DNA of 64,000 nucleotides. Origin: Eledone cirrhosa. Its lineage: Eukaryota. The notes below the pieces were generated by a model. That model saw only the letters and a list, made by a program, of their open reading frames with translations. It did not search any database and had not been told where the DNA came from. The stretch is taken from contig OZ024747.1 of the NCBI GenBank assembly GCA_964016885.1, positions 74,214,001 to 74,278,000 of the forward strand, read 5' to 3'. Positions 13,503 through 24,700 of the stretch are shown one piece after another. Within the stretch, counting starts at the first letter, position 1. Every line of letters starts with the position of its first letter. The translations under genes and the position numbers were made by a program.

Positions 13503-13628
13503 TACGTTCTGAGTCCAAATCCCGCCAAGGTCAACTTTGCCTTTCATCCTTACGGGGTCGATAAAATAAAGTACCAGTAATACACTGTAATATTTGCTGG
13601 CCTTGTGCCAAAGTTAGAAGCCATTATT
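13502..13628 (+). mobile_element. SINE family A copy (5'-truncated)
   Basis: TTCTGAGTCCAAATCCCGCCAAGGTCAACTTTGCCTTTCATCCTTACGGGGTCGATAAAATAAAGTACCAG. Confidence 0.88.
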
Positions 13629-13859
13629 ATTAGTGACATGGCAGTTACGTGTGTGGACTGTGAAATGTTTTAGCCTATAAGTTGCGGCTTCTATGTTGTG
13701 ACTTCATATTTTATTGCAATTGACATTGGATTTCCTCCCAACAGGATTGATAACCTGAGTCTCACTCGAATATTTATCTTCCAAAACCACCACCACCACC
13801 ACTATAACACCACCCCTACCAACAGATAATTGGCTTTCTATTTGTCTTATAAATTCTCA

Positions 13860-13957
13860 ATATTATCATTATCATAATAATAATCATAATTATTATTAGT
13901 ATCATAATTAAAATTATAATTATGATAATAATAATAATTATGATAATTATAATAATA

Positions 13958-14013
<56 letters not shown>
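13860..14013. repeat. (ATT/TAA)n microsatellite
   Basis: Direct reading. Confidence 0.95.
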
Positions 14014-14014
<1 letters not shown>

Positions 14015-14039
14015 TTGATTAATGCGTGTTTTAATTACA

Positions 14040-14830
14040 GAACCTAAAGATATTTCTCCTTATTTTGATTTGTTCTTCTATTTCCCTAAATTCGAAACCA
14101 TCTGGTTTTGGCTGTAATTTTCTGCATATTTTTACCATTCCCAATTCACCGATTATTATAGGAAATTGTTCTGTTTTCAAGCCTATGTTCTAGATATTTC
14201 TGTTTCCATGTGTTTATATTTGAATAGTTTCTCCATTTCCTTTGTTGCTCTATTGCCACCCGATATATAGGATACATTGAGTAAGAGACATTTATTTTCT
14301 TAATGGTTTCGATAACACATATTGTGTCGATTTCCCTTAACAACCTGTTCTTTGTGATCTTGTCATGTCCCACAATATTCTTTCTTTCTTATTCCCCGAG
14401 ACCTTTCCCAGTGTATATATAAACGATTTTCATAATTTCTGCATTTCATTTGTAGATACAGTGTCGTCTGTTGGGACTTACATTTTGATAAATAGACACT
14501 TCTTTTTCTATTGGTCATTGATAACAATATCCGATCGATTAACTATTGAGCTGCCTGTCTTTGTGGTTTGGCGTATCTCAGAGTATTGTCGCTTGACAAT
14601 CACCAATATATTTTCTATTAGTATATATTAATGCTAGCATAATTTTCAGTATATGAAATTCCTAACACTTTTACTCCCATAAATATATCCTCTCGTGGCT
14701 TAAACTGGACAACTATTGGTATTAAAGCTGTATCGTTCCACCCAGTTCATATATTGAAGTTATACGCATTATGGTGTTTCATTATACGTTTAGGGTATGT
14801 TCAATCCTAGCAACACCTTGTCTTACTTTT
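14040..14830 (-). pseudogene. Decayed R4/Dong-type LINE 3' end: zinc-knuckle region plus restriction-like endonuclease (two tandem RLE segments)
   Basis: Minus-strand translation: NSCPV*ATRGYIYGSKSVRNFIY*KLC; ATIL*DTP..NRSDIVINDQ*KKKCLFIKM*VPTDDTVSTNEMQKL; then NKKERILWDMT..KCLLLNVSY..ATKEMEKLFKYKHMETEISRT..GLKTEQFPIIIGELGMVK. These match the ILWD/RPDIV/KxxEKxxKY/PIIVGALG motifs of the R4 clade. Confidence 0.85.
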
Positions 14831-14883
14831 AATATACAGTACATAATTACAGGTAAATTATAATTTGTATAGATGACACTCTC

Positions 14884-14944
<61 letters not shown>

Positions 14945-14951
14945 TATATAT

Positions 14952-15145
14952 ATATTTAATATAGAAAAGCTTCTACAGGACTAGAACTGTTTCATTCGTG
15001 GGAAATCATCAGGAGCTTCCTGATGATTTCTCACGAATGAAACAGTTCTAGTCCTGTAGAAGCTTTTCTATATTAAATATTTATACTCTACTTTGTATTG
15101 AGTACCATACTTACTTTGGTTACCCCCGATTGAACCTGGAATAAA

Positions 15146-15150
<5 letters not shown>
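14952..15150. mobile_element. Penelope-like (pLTR) remnant with a 63-bp-arm palindrome, inserted in (TA)n
   Basis: 14952-15014 is the reverse complement of 15018-15080 (1 mismatch); 15018-15150 is homologous to 19073-19203; (TA)n on both sides. Confidence 0.7.
15014..15064 (+). ncRNA. Type I hammerhead ribozyme motif
   Basis: Stem I AGCTTC/GAAGCT; core CTGATGA (15020-26); stem II (T)TTC-TCAC-GAA(T); GAAA; stem III ACAG/CTGT with an 8-nt loop; GUA cleavage triplet ending at 15058. Confidence 0.75.
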
Positions 15151-15192
<42 letters not shown>

Positions 15193-15580
15193 AACAAGTC
15201 TATAATGTTCCCGCTTTTACTAACGACCTGTTTATGTGGGGGGTCACTTTAACGGCCTGACCTCATACTTCGGGCAGTAAGCGATATATTTACAAACTAT
15301 GGGACTTTACGTCCTATAGAATGGAAATAGCTATCTGAAGACCTGATCTTTCCGTTGGAAATTATCTGAATTTCCAATCTTTTGTGAAGCGAAACCGTCG
15401 ATTTAGCATTTTGGACAGGTGAATATTTAAATCGTATTTTAATTTATTTAAAAGATTGTTTAATGTTTGCTTGCTCCGCTCATCTCAATATTATAGTTCT
15501 GGTATCTCAAATTAGTACCATTGAACAACAAATGTATTATAGACACCCAAATTAAAACACACACATATATATGTGTATGT

Positions 15581-15620
<40 letters not shown>

Positions 15621-15623
<3 letters not shown>

Positions 15624-16022
15624 CTTGGGGAGGGTCATATTTGTTTAATAATATTGCCAGAAATAATAACAGAACACACTCACTGTTTGGTTGGTTTCGC
15701 TTCTGTGTCTTTTATATCGGTTAATTTAATTTATTCGGTCCTCAATGTTACCATTGACTGACCAACGGTCAAAAATACAGAAACAATATAGACACAAACA
15801 CATATATATAGTCTAACAAAGTTCTTTCGTTGCACATCTGCAACATCGTCAGTGGTGCTATTATGTTTCCTCCCGTTTTATTGTATGCCTACGCCATTGA
15901 GGACCGAATAAATTAAATTAATCGATATAAAAGACACAGAAGCGAAAACCAACCAAACAGTGAGTGTGTTCTGTTATTATTTCTGGCAATATTATTACAC
16001 AAATATGACCCTCCCCAAGTAT
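15621..16022. repeat. Foldback: ~127-bp inverted arms (15621-15747 / 15895-16022) around a 147-bp spacer, in (TA)n context
   Basis: ORFs 15521+ and 16254- share [24 protein letters not shown]; arms are reverse complements. Confidence 0.92.
15815..15857 (-). ncRNA. Degenerate hammerhead ribozyme motif
   Basis: Minus strand CCA-CTGACGA-T-GTTGCA-GATG-TGCAAC-GAAA-GAACTT-TG: perfect 6-bp stem II between core boxes; stems I and III are weak. Confidence 0.5.
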
Positions 16023-16084
16023 AACAATATTTGTTTCGACACACGATTTCATATAAAAAACCTCGCAAAACTAATTCATCGCCG

Positions 16085-16157
<73 letters not shown>

Positions 16158-16164
16158 TATATAT

Positions 16165-16212
<48 letters not shown>

Positions 16213-16218
<6 letters not shown>

Positions 16219-16773
16219 TCGGTCCTCAATGGCATATTTAATAATCTCCCCCATCGGTTGAGATTAAATTTGGCGATATATGGCTGCGCTTTCTAGCAGC
16301 ATGCCTACCCGCCGTAAGCAACCAATCACACGCTTTCTCTCTGGCTGGTACACAGCTACATAGCGATCTTAGCCATTTTTGAATCTAAATTTGGCGCGGT
16401 CGGTCTGAGAAATTAAATGTCTATTTCTGAGTTTGTCTCCTGATGATTCCTGACTCAGGGCAAGTCCATATTATTTGGATGTCCTAAACAAGGAAGAAAC
16501 CATGGTAGAGATATAATTACGGTTGTGCGCATTTCTTCTAAGTTTAATTTTACTACTAATTACGTGCGGTTGACGATATATTTGATCGGATTCTGCATGC
16601 TGCCGAAGTGTTTGATAAATAATGGAACGGAGTTACCGCGAACTAGCTGCGATCAATTATTTGTCGGAGATTTCCCCGTTAGAAAATTTACTCTTAAAGC
16701 TTGCTAGATTTGATTATGTATATGGTTAATTATGCTGATTAGAAGAAGAAATAGTATATATTTTAATATCTGA

Positions 16774-16778
<5 letters not shown>
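16213..16778 (+). mobile_element. Penelope-like pLTR-type insert flanked by (TA)n
   Basis: Starts with ATTTATTCGGTCCTCAATGGC, shared with the neighbouring foldback arms; contains AACCAATCAC and a hammerhead motif. Confidence 0.55.
16434..16513 (+). ncRNA. Type I hammerhead ribozyme with palindromic stem III and extended stem II
   Basis: Stem I TGTCTC/GAGATA; CTGATGA 16440-46; stem II TTCCT/AGGAA enclosing 39 nt with an inner hairpin; GAAA; ACCATGGT palindrome; GUA site ending at 16507. Confidence 0.8.
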
Positions 16779-16869
<91 letters not shown>

Positions 16870-16914
16870 CATATACCTATATACATATATATATATGTGT
16901 GTGTTTTAACATGG

Positions 16915-17105
16915 TGGAAACGATGGAGAACCGGATTAGATATTTCATGGTCTTTAATTCCATTTACCCTCAAGTTCGTGAGTTCAAATTCCACAGATGT
17001 TAACTGCGTTAAGCATCCATCCGTGTCTGATAAGATAAACTCCTGTAGACTAAAGTCTATTTCACCAGCCTACTTGTGGACAGCTGCCAATACAAGAAAC
17101 TTTCA
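16915..17105 (+). mobile_element. Diverged SINE family A copy
   Basis: GAGTTCAAATTCCACAGATGTTAACTGCG...CATCC...GATAAG remnant. Confidence 0.55.
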
Positions 17106-17132
17106 TTTTTCTTTATTGTTGTAATTCTTTCG

Positions 17133-17133
<1 letters not shown>

Positions 17134-17187
<54 letters not shown>

Positions 17188-17195
17188 CAGCAGCA
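17134..17195. repeat. (AGT)n microsatellite
   Basis: Direct reading. Confidence 0.95.
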
Positions 17196-17854
17196 TTAGT
17201 AATAGTAGCAGGAGTTGTTTTTTGTTTGTTGTAGTCGTAGTTGATGCTATTTTCCCTGTTACTGTTGTCGCTTCCCCTACAATGGACAATATCGTTATCA
17301 GAACTTTCAATGGATATTTGCACGGAATGGAGTTAATTGATTACTTTTAATTTTACTGAAGTATTTATAGGACGGAGTGCTTTAAGGGTAGAACTGTTAC
17401 CTTTACATGGGAGGTAGGACCGCTTCTATAAGTGCATGAATCTGGGAGGTGGAATATGTTGAATATAATCATAATCCTCCTGTACTTTCTTTTAACTGAT
17501 CCTCTTTTACCCAAACCCAGGTTCTTTTCAGCAGACACTCGTAGACATTAAACATTTTTTTTTTAACTTGACATTACTTGGGGGAACATCATCCCAAGCT
17601 GAAGGTTTCTTCAGAGACCTGTGTAATCAGGGACTAATATTCCACAAAACAATAACATTCCCAATATTTTGTATGAATGAATCCAGACTTCATGTGGGAT
17701 TTGAAGAAACGCCATATTGACATATGGCGTTTCTAGGGCATTTTTTAAACCTGGAGGAACCTATCTTCTCTCCAGGTCAGAATACAGCATGTTTCTTCCA
17801 GAGAAGGATAGAGAGAATAAGAGAATAGAAGTGAGAAAAAGGTATAGAGGAGAA

Positions 17855-17982
17855 AACGACCCAGTACTTAAATAAATGAAATGCAAAGTTGACCTCGGTG
17901 GCATTTGAACTCAGAGAACAGATGGTCGAAACAAAGACCATTCTATCCGACCTTCTAACGACTCTGTCAATTCACCGCCTTC
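17855..17982 (-). mobile_element. SINE family A fragment
   Basis: GCAAAGTTGACCTCGGTGGCATTTGAACTCAG...CTAACGACTCTGTCAATTCACCGCC. Confidence 0.7.
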
Positions 17983-19070
17983 AAATTATTTCATTTGCAG
18001 AGTAAAATATTTATAGTGTTATCTTGTGTGGGAACAGTAAACTGCAACAAATACATGAACTTTTTTAAAAAGAAGTTTATTAATTTTTTAGCTCCTATCG
18101 GCAATGATACAATAGAACTATGGTCGGTCAAAGGTATTCTATTTTAGCATCCACGTATGTTATATATCAGGGACTAAAATGCCAAATACAGCATACTTTT
18201 TAAACAGTGGGGTGTAGTTTATCTTCTATTTCGAGAAGGTTCGGTGATCACAAAGATGCTAGTTAGTTGGCTCGTGGAACAAATTTAACGCCGAATAGTA
18301 AACATCAACTTCATTCTCTTCGCTTGGGAAAATCAGCGAAGTCTTTTATTGTCATTTGCGATAGCGTGGAACATACATTGAAATGTTGCTTCATAGAGCT
18401 GGATATGAAATGCAGACTATAACGGAGTTAACACATATGATATAACACAAACGATAGAGAAAGTAACAGGCAGAATGACGCCATGCTAGACATGATATAA
18501 CATCCTACGATGGTATGGTGAGATACAATAGAATATAAATGATGCAAAAGTTAGACTATAAAACTGCGCGATTATGCAATATTCGGTAATAAACAACAGC
18601 ATTGATACAGTTATGGACGCTCAAGGAATGGTGATGTATAAAGCTACGTTAAGGTTACATGGTCCCTAAACTACAATATAACTCCATGTTTATATATGTG
18701 TGTGTGTGTGTGTATATATGTGTGCCTGTTTGTGTATGTGTGTATGTGTATGTATGTCTTTGTGCCTGATTGTGTGTGCCTGTCTTTGAGTGTGCATGTG
18801 TATGTGCGTGTGTGTGTCTGTGTGTATGTGTATGCATATATGTTTGTGAGTGCGTGTGTATGTGCATGTGGGTGAGCTTTAGAAAGAGATAATAGGTGGC
18901 GAGAGAGGTCTTCATTATATTCGTATCCATTTGTCTCGGTATCTATCAGTATATTTATAAACACACCCACAACCCCTTTCCCTACACATGCACACATACA
19001 TGCTTCTGTATAGGGATATGTATATATATATATATATATATATTCTTGATGATTTCTAATGATTCTTGAT

Positions 19071-19119
19071 GATTCCTGATGATTTCTAATGAATGAAACA
19101 GTTCTAGTCCTGTAGAATC
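19071..19119 (+). ncRNA. Type I hammerhead ribozyme motif (paralog of 15014-15064)
   Basis: Stem I GATTC/GAATC; CTGATGA 19076-82; (T)TTC-TAAT-GAA(T); GAAACAG-TTCTAGTC-CTGTA; cleavage after 19114; lies in a ~160-bp insert between (TA)n runs. Confidence 0.75.
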
Positions 19120-19619
19120 TCATCTATATTAAAACTTTTATACTCTGCTATGTATTGAGTACCTTACTTACTGTGGTTACCTCCGATTCAACCCGGAATA
19201 ACGTATATATATATATATATATGTGTGTGTATGTGTGTGTGTGTGTGTGTGTATATATATACAACTATGATAACTATAAAACAAAAAATATGTATTTTAT
19301 TGATTATAATAAATGCTTGTAAACATATTTAATGTCAGACTTTTATTATTTTGCGCATAATATCAGATGTTTACATAAAACGAAAATATCACAAATTTAT
19401 TAATTTCATAATATATATGATGTGGTACACATTGTTTGTAGTTGTATATCACTAAGTAATGTGTGAATATTGATATAATGTGGTAAGATACTTTACATAC
19501 ATTAGAAAGAAGCAGATGTTTCATATTGAAGCTGACTTTACTGGAATTGGCATAAAATCCTGATATTTTTGTTTGGTGGATTCTAGTTGAATTTTTATCT
19601 TGTGATATAATATTGATAT

Positions 19620-19838
19620 AAGTTAAACTCTGTTCTAAGCCGAAGGTCATCAGGCCGGTGCTAATCCCCGGTTTTCTTGGCATTAAGCGACAGAGAGTAC
19701 AAGACTCCCCTCTCTCCCTGGACAGGGTGCTAGTCTATCGCAGGGGTAACTCCCCAGCAACTGCTGGTATTCATCTAAGCTAAGTGTACTGGAGCAATCA
19801 ACGTGCAATAAAGTGTTTTACTCAAGAACACAACGCAG
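19620..19838 (-). mobile_element. SINE with a Meta/V-like conserved core (family C)
   Basis: Minus strand TGCGTTGTGTTCTTGAGTAAAACACTTTA...CCTGCGATAGACTAGCACCCTGTCCAGGG...GTCGCTTAATGC..AAACCGG, similar to widespread invertebrate core-SINE sequence. Confidence 0.65.
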
Positions 19839-19857
19839 GAATATATATATTATATGT

Positions 19858-20010
19858 TTTTTACATATCAACATATTTTACATATCAACATATTTTACAT
19901 ACTAACATATTTTACATACGAACATATTTTACATACTAACATATTTTACATACTAACATATTTTACATATTAACATATTTTACATATTAACATATTTTAC
20001 ATATTAACAT
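19858..20010. repeat. 17-bp minisatellite AACATATTTTACATAYY, about 9 copies
   Basis: Direct reading. Confidence 0.92.
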
Positions 20011-20059
20011 ATAATATATTTACATATTTAGATCTCTCTGTATATATATCATTATGTCA

Positions 20060-20170
20060 GGTCAGGCTTTTGAAGGTATGGCCGAAGAGGTTGGGAATGT
20101 GCGTTAGACTTGAGGGGCAAAATATTATTTTTGTGACTCCAGTCCTCTTTCTTTTTTGTCACACCTCGTA
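20060..20170. mobile_element. mariner-like element end
   Basis: Minus strand begins TA-CGAGGTGTGACAAAAAAG, a mariner-type TIR start. Confidence 0.45.
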
Positions 20171-21544
20171 CAATGAACGTATGAGTGATAATACACTTTT
20201 AAGGGGTGAGATGACTCGTCAGTGCTGGCGTGTTTGAACAGGAAAAGGTGAGTGGTGTCTCCATTAAAGATTTGAATACCTGTTTTAAAATACCATTGAT
20301 CCAAGGAGGAGATGTAGAAGAAACATTGCATCAAAGACAATGGTGTTATTTAATTGTGTAGGAAGAAAATTGCAAAGATATACTTTTAATAAATCATATT
20401 TAATACAGAGAAAAGCAATGTGATGCAACCCGATTTACATGGCTTAAAAAGCAGGCGATACTCTGCACTAGCTTACCTCAATTAAATGATGTTACCTATC
20501 TTGTACGTAGATTCATATCTGTTATTCGATTAAATATATAACAATCTCCACTTGTTAGCTGCAACATTTGCCCACTGGCTATGAAGACTTCGTGAAGATA
20601 AATGTCTCATTTGTATAAATTTTGTATGAATCTCTAGTGACTAGAGACTAGAAATCTGACTTGTTTATGTCTAGTTGTTGCTATAATCCTGTAAAAATGG
20701 CCTCAGTATCCTGTATATTCGAAATTAAGCTAGAAATAATAAGATTCTGATAGTTAATCCAATGACAGGCAATAATCACTTTCCTACGAAAATTTCTCTG
20801 GATGATTCATTTCAGAAATATTTCTTATTTCAATTATTGTATTTAAAAAATGTATACAGCAAATTAACGAATAATGTTTTATATTTCCTTTTCTTTTTTA
20901 ATATTAATGATGAAACTATTTTATTTCAAAATACCCAAATATATTCCTAGGATAAAATGACATAAAAATAATAAAGAATTTAATAGATATAGAAAAAGAA
21001 AAAAGTATTGGAAAGCACTATAAATGCCATAAATGTGAGGAAAAGAAGGGAAAGAGCAAGGACTGTCACACGTTTGGCAAATAAAGAATCATTTTGACAA
21101 TAACGATTTCTTTCGTAATAGTGATGATGATAGTAATCATGATGACGATAACTGATGAAAAGTTATGGAAGAAGTGAGGAAAGATAGAAAGTATGAATGA
21201 ATGAATGAATGAATGCATGAAAGAAAGAAAGAAAGAAAGAAAGAAGGCAAACTATGGTTTGAAGGCAAATTTGAAGATATGATTTGAATTGTTAATTACA
21301 GCAGAATATTAGAGAATGCAAGTAAAACATAACCGAGGAGACAAGCTTGTTGTGGTTTACAATTCATTTAGTAAAAGTGGAAGGCTGTGTGTTTAAGAAG
21401 TTCACTTCTAACTACCTGGCTTCGACTTCGATATCATAGACTGATAATAGACTGATTATGATACTATAGACTGATTGTAGACTGATTATGATATTATAGA
21501 CTGATTATGAAAGAGTGATGCTAAGGCTGTGAAATATGGCCAGC

Positions 21545-21664
21545 ATTAATTTCAATTTTTCTTATTAATAACTGCTTTGTTTCTTTCCAGGGATTATATT
21601 GAACAATAAACCTCATCTGGTCATTTCATGAGAGTATCTTGGTCAGACTATGAACTTTTCAGCC
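21545..21664 (+). repeat. Dispersed duplication, copy 2 (copy 1 at 4923-5075)
   Basis: Direct alignment by eye. Confidence 0.85.
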
Positions 21665-21743
21665 TAAGAAGTATTGGTGATAGAACTGTTAAAATTTTCA
21701 TGCCTTAAGTTCAACTTCTCTTATTAAAAGTGCCTTGTCTATT

Positions 21744-24700
21744 CCAGCAATACAACGGGCCACAACAGGACAGCCAGTAACCAGCAATACAACAGGCCAC
21801 AACAGGAGAGCCAGTAACCAGCAATACAACAGGCCACAACAGGACAGCCAGTAACCAGCAATACAACAGGCCACAACAGGACAGCCAGTAACCACTAATA
21901 CAACAGGCCACAACAGGAGAGCCAGTAACCACTAATACAACGGGCCACAACAGGACAGCCAGTAACCAGCAATACAACAGGCCACAACAGGACAGCCAGT
22001 AACCAGCAATACAACAGGCCACAACAGGACAGCCAGTAACCAGCAATACAACAGGTCACAACAGGACAGCCAGTAACCACTAATACAACAGGCCACAACA
22101 GGACAGCCAGTAACCAGCAATACAACAGGCCACAACAGGACAGCCAGTAACCAGCAATACAACAGGTCACAACAGGACAGCCAGTAACCACTAATACAAC
22201 AGGCCACAACAGGACAGCCAGTAACCAGCAATACAACAGGCCACAACAGGACAGCCAGTAACCAGCAATACAACAGGCCACAACAGGACAGCCAGTAACC
22301 ACTAATACAACAGGCCACAACAGGACAGCCAGTAACCAGCAATACAACAGGTCACAACAGGACAGCCAGTAACCAGCAATACAACAGGTCACAACAGGAC
22401 AGCCAGTAACCAGCAATACAACAGGCCACAACAGGACAGCCAGTAACCAGCAATACAACAGGCCACAACAAGAGAGCCAGTAACCAGCAATACAACAGGC
22501 CACAACAGGACAGCCAGTAACCAGCAATACAACAGGCCACAACAGGACAGCCAGTAACCAGCAATACAACAGGTCACAACAGGACAGCCAGTAACCAGCA
22601 ATACAACAGGTCACAACAGGACAGCCAGTAACCACTAATACAACAGGCCACAACAGGACAGCCAGTAACCAGCAATAAAACAGGCCACATCAGGACAGCC
22701 AGTAACCAGCAATACAACAGGTCACAACAGGACAGCCAGTAACCAGCAATACAACAGGCCACAACAGGACAGCCAGTAACCACTAATACAACAGGCCACA
22801 ACAGGACAGCCAGTAACCAGCAATACAACAGGCCACAACAGGACAGCCAGTAACCAGCAATACAACAGGCCACAACAGGACAGCCAGTAACCAGCAATAC
22901 AACAGGCCACAACAGGACAGCCAGTAACCACTAATACAACAGGCCACAACAGGACAGCCAGTAACCAGCAATACAACAGGCCACAACAGGACAGCCAGTA
23001 ACCACTAATACAACGGGCCACAACAGGACAGCCAGTAACCAGCAATACAACAGGCCACAACAGGAGAGCCAGTAACCAGCAATACAACAGGCCACAACAG
23101 GACAGCCAGTAACCACTAATACAACAGGCCACAACAGGACAGCCAGTAACCAGCAATACAACAGGCCACAACAGGACAGCCAGTAACCAGCAATACAACA
23201 GGCCACAACAGGACAGCCAGTAACCACTAATACAACGGGCCACAACAGGACAGCCAGTAACCAGCAATACAACAGGCCACAACAGGACAGCCAGTAACCA
23301 GCAATACAACAGGCCACAACAGGACAGCCAGTAACCACTAATACAACGGGCCACAACAGGACAGCCAGTAACCAGCAATACAACAGGCCACAACAGGACA
23401 GCCAGTAACCACTAATACGACAGGCCACAACAGGACAGCCAGTAACCACTAATACAACAGGCCACAACAGGACAGCCAGTAACCAGCAATACAACAGGCC
23501 ACAACAGGAGAGCCAGTAACCAGCAATACAACAGGCCACAACAGGACAGCCAGTAACCACTAATACAACAGGCCACAACAGGACAGCCAGTAACCAGCAA
23601 TACAACGGGCCACAACAGGACAGCCAGTAACCAGCAATACAACAGGCCACAACAGGAGAGCCAGTAACCAGCAATACAACAGGCCAGAACAGGACAGCCA
23701 GTAACCAGCAATACAACAGGCCACAACAGGACAGCCAGTAACCAGCAATACAACAGGCCACAACAGGACAGCCAGTAACCAGCAATACAACAGGCCACAA
23801 CAGGACAGACAGTAACCAGCAATACAACAGGCCACAACAAGAGAGCCAGTAACCAGCAATACAACAGGCCACAACAGGACAGCCAGTAACCAGCAATACA
23901 ACAGGCCACAACAGGACAGCCAGTAACCAGCAATACAACAGGCCACAACAGGACAGCCAGTAACCACTAATACAACAGGCCACAACAGGACAGCCAATAA
24001 CCAGCATTACAACAGGCCACAACAGGACAGCCAGTAACCAGCAATACAACAGGCCACAACAGGACAGCCAGTAACCAGCAATACAACAGGCCACAACAGG
24101 ACAGCCAGTAACCAGCAATACAACAGGCCACAACAAGAGAGCCAGTAACCAGCAATACAACAGGCCACAACAGGACAGCCAGTAACCAGCAATACAACAG
24201 GCCACAACAGGACAGCCAGTAACCACTAATACAACGGGCCACAATAGGACAGCCAGTAACCAGCAATACAACGGGCCACAACAGGACAGCCAGTAACCAG
24301 CAATACAACAGGCCACAACAGGACAGCCAGTAACCAGCAATACAACGGGCCACAACAGGACAGCCAGTAACCAGCAATACAACAGGCCACAACAGGACAG
24401 CCAGTAACCAGCAATACAACGGGCCACAACAGGACAGCCAGTAACCAGCAATACAACAGGCCACAACAGGACAGCCAGTAACCAGCAATACAACGGGCCA
24501 CAACAGGACAGCCAGTAACCAGCAATACAACAGGCCACAACAGGACAGCCAGTAACCAGCAATACAACGGGCCACAACAGGACAGCCAGTAACCAGCAAT
24601 ACAACGGGCCACAACAGGACAGCCAGTAACCAGCATTACAACAGGCCACAACAGGACAGCCAGTAACCAGCAATACAACGGGCCACAACAGGACAGCCAG

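Noticed and set aside
19640-19660. CTGATGA on the minus strand as a hammerhead core
   Set aside because: No downstream GAAA, stem III or UH; it is part of the SINE tail
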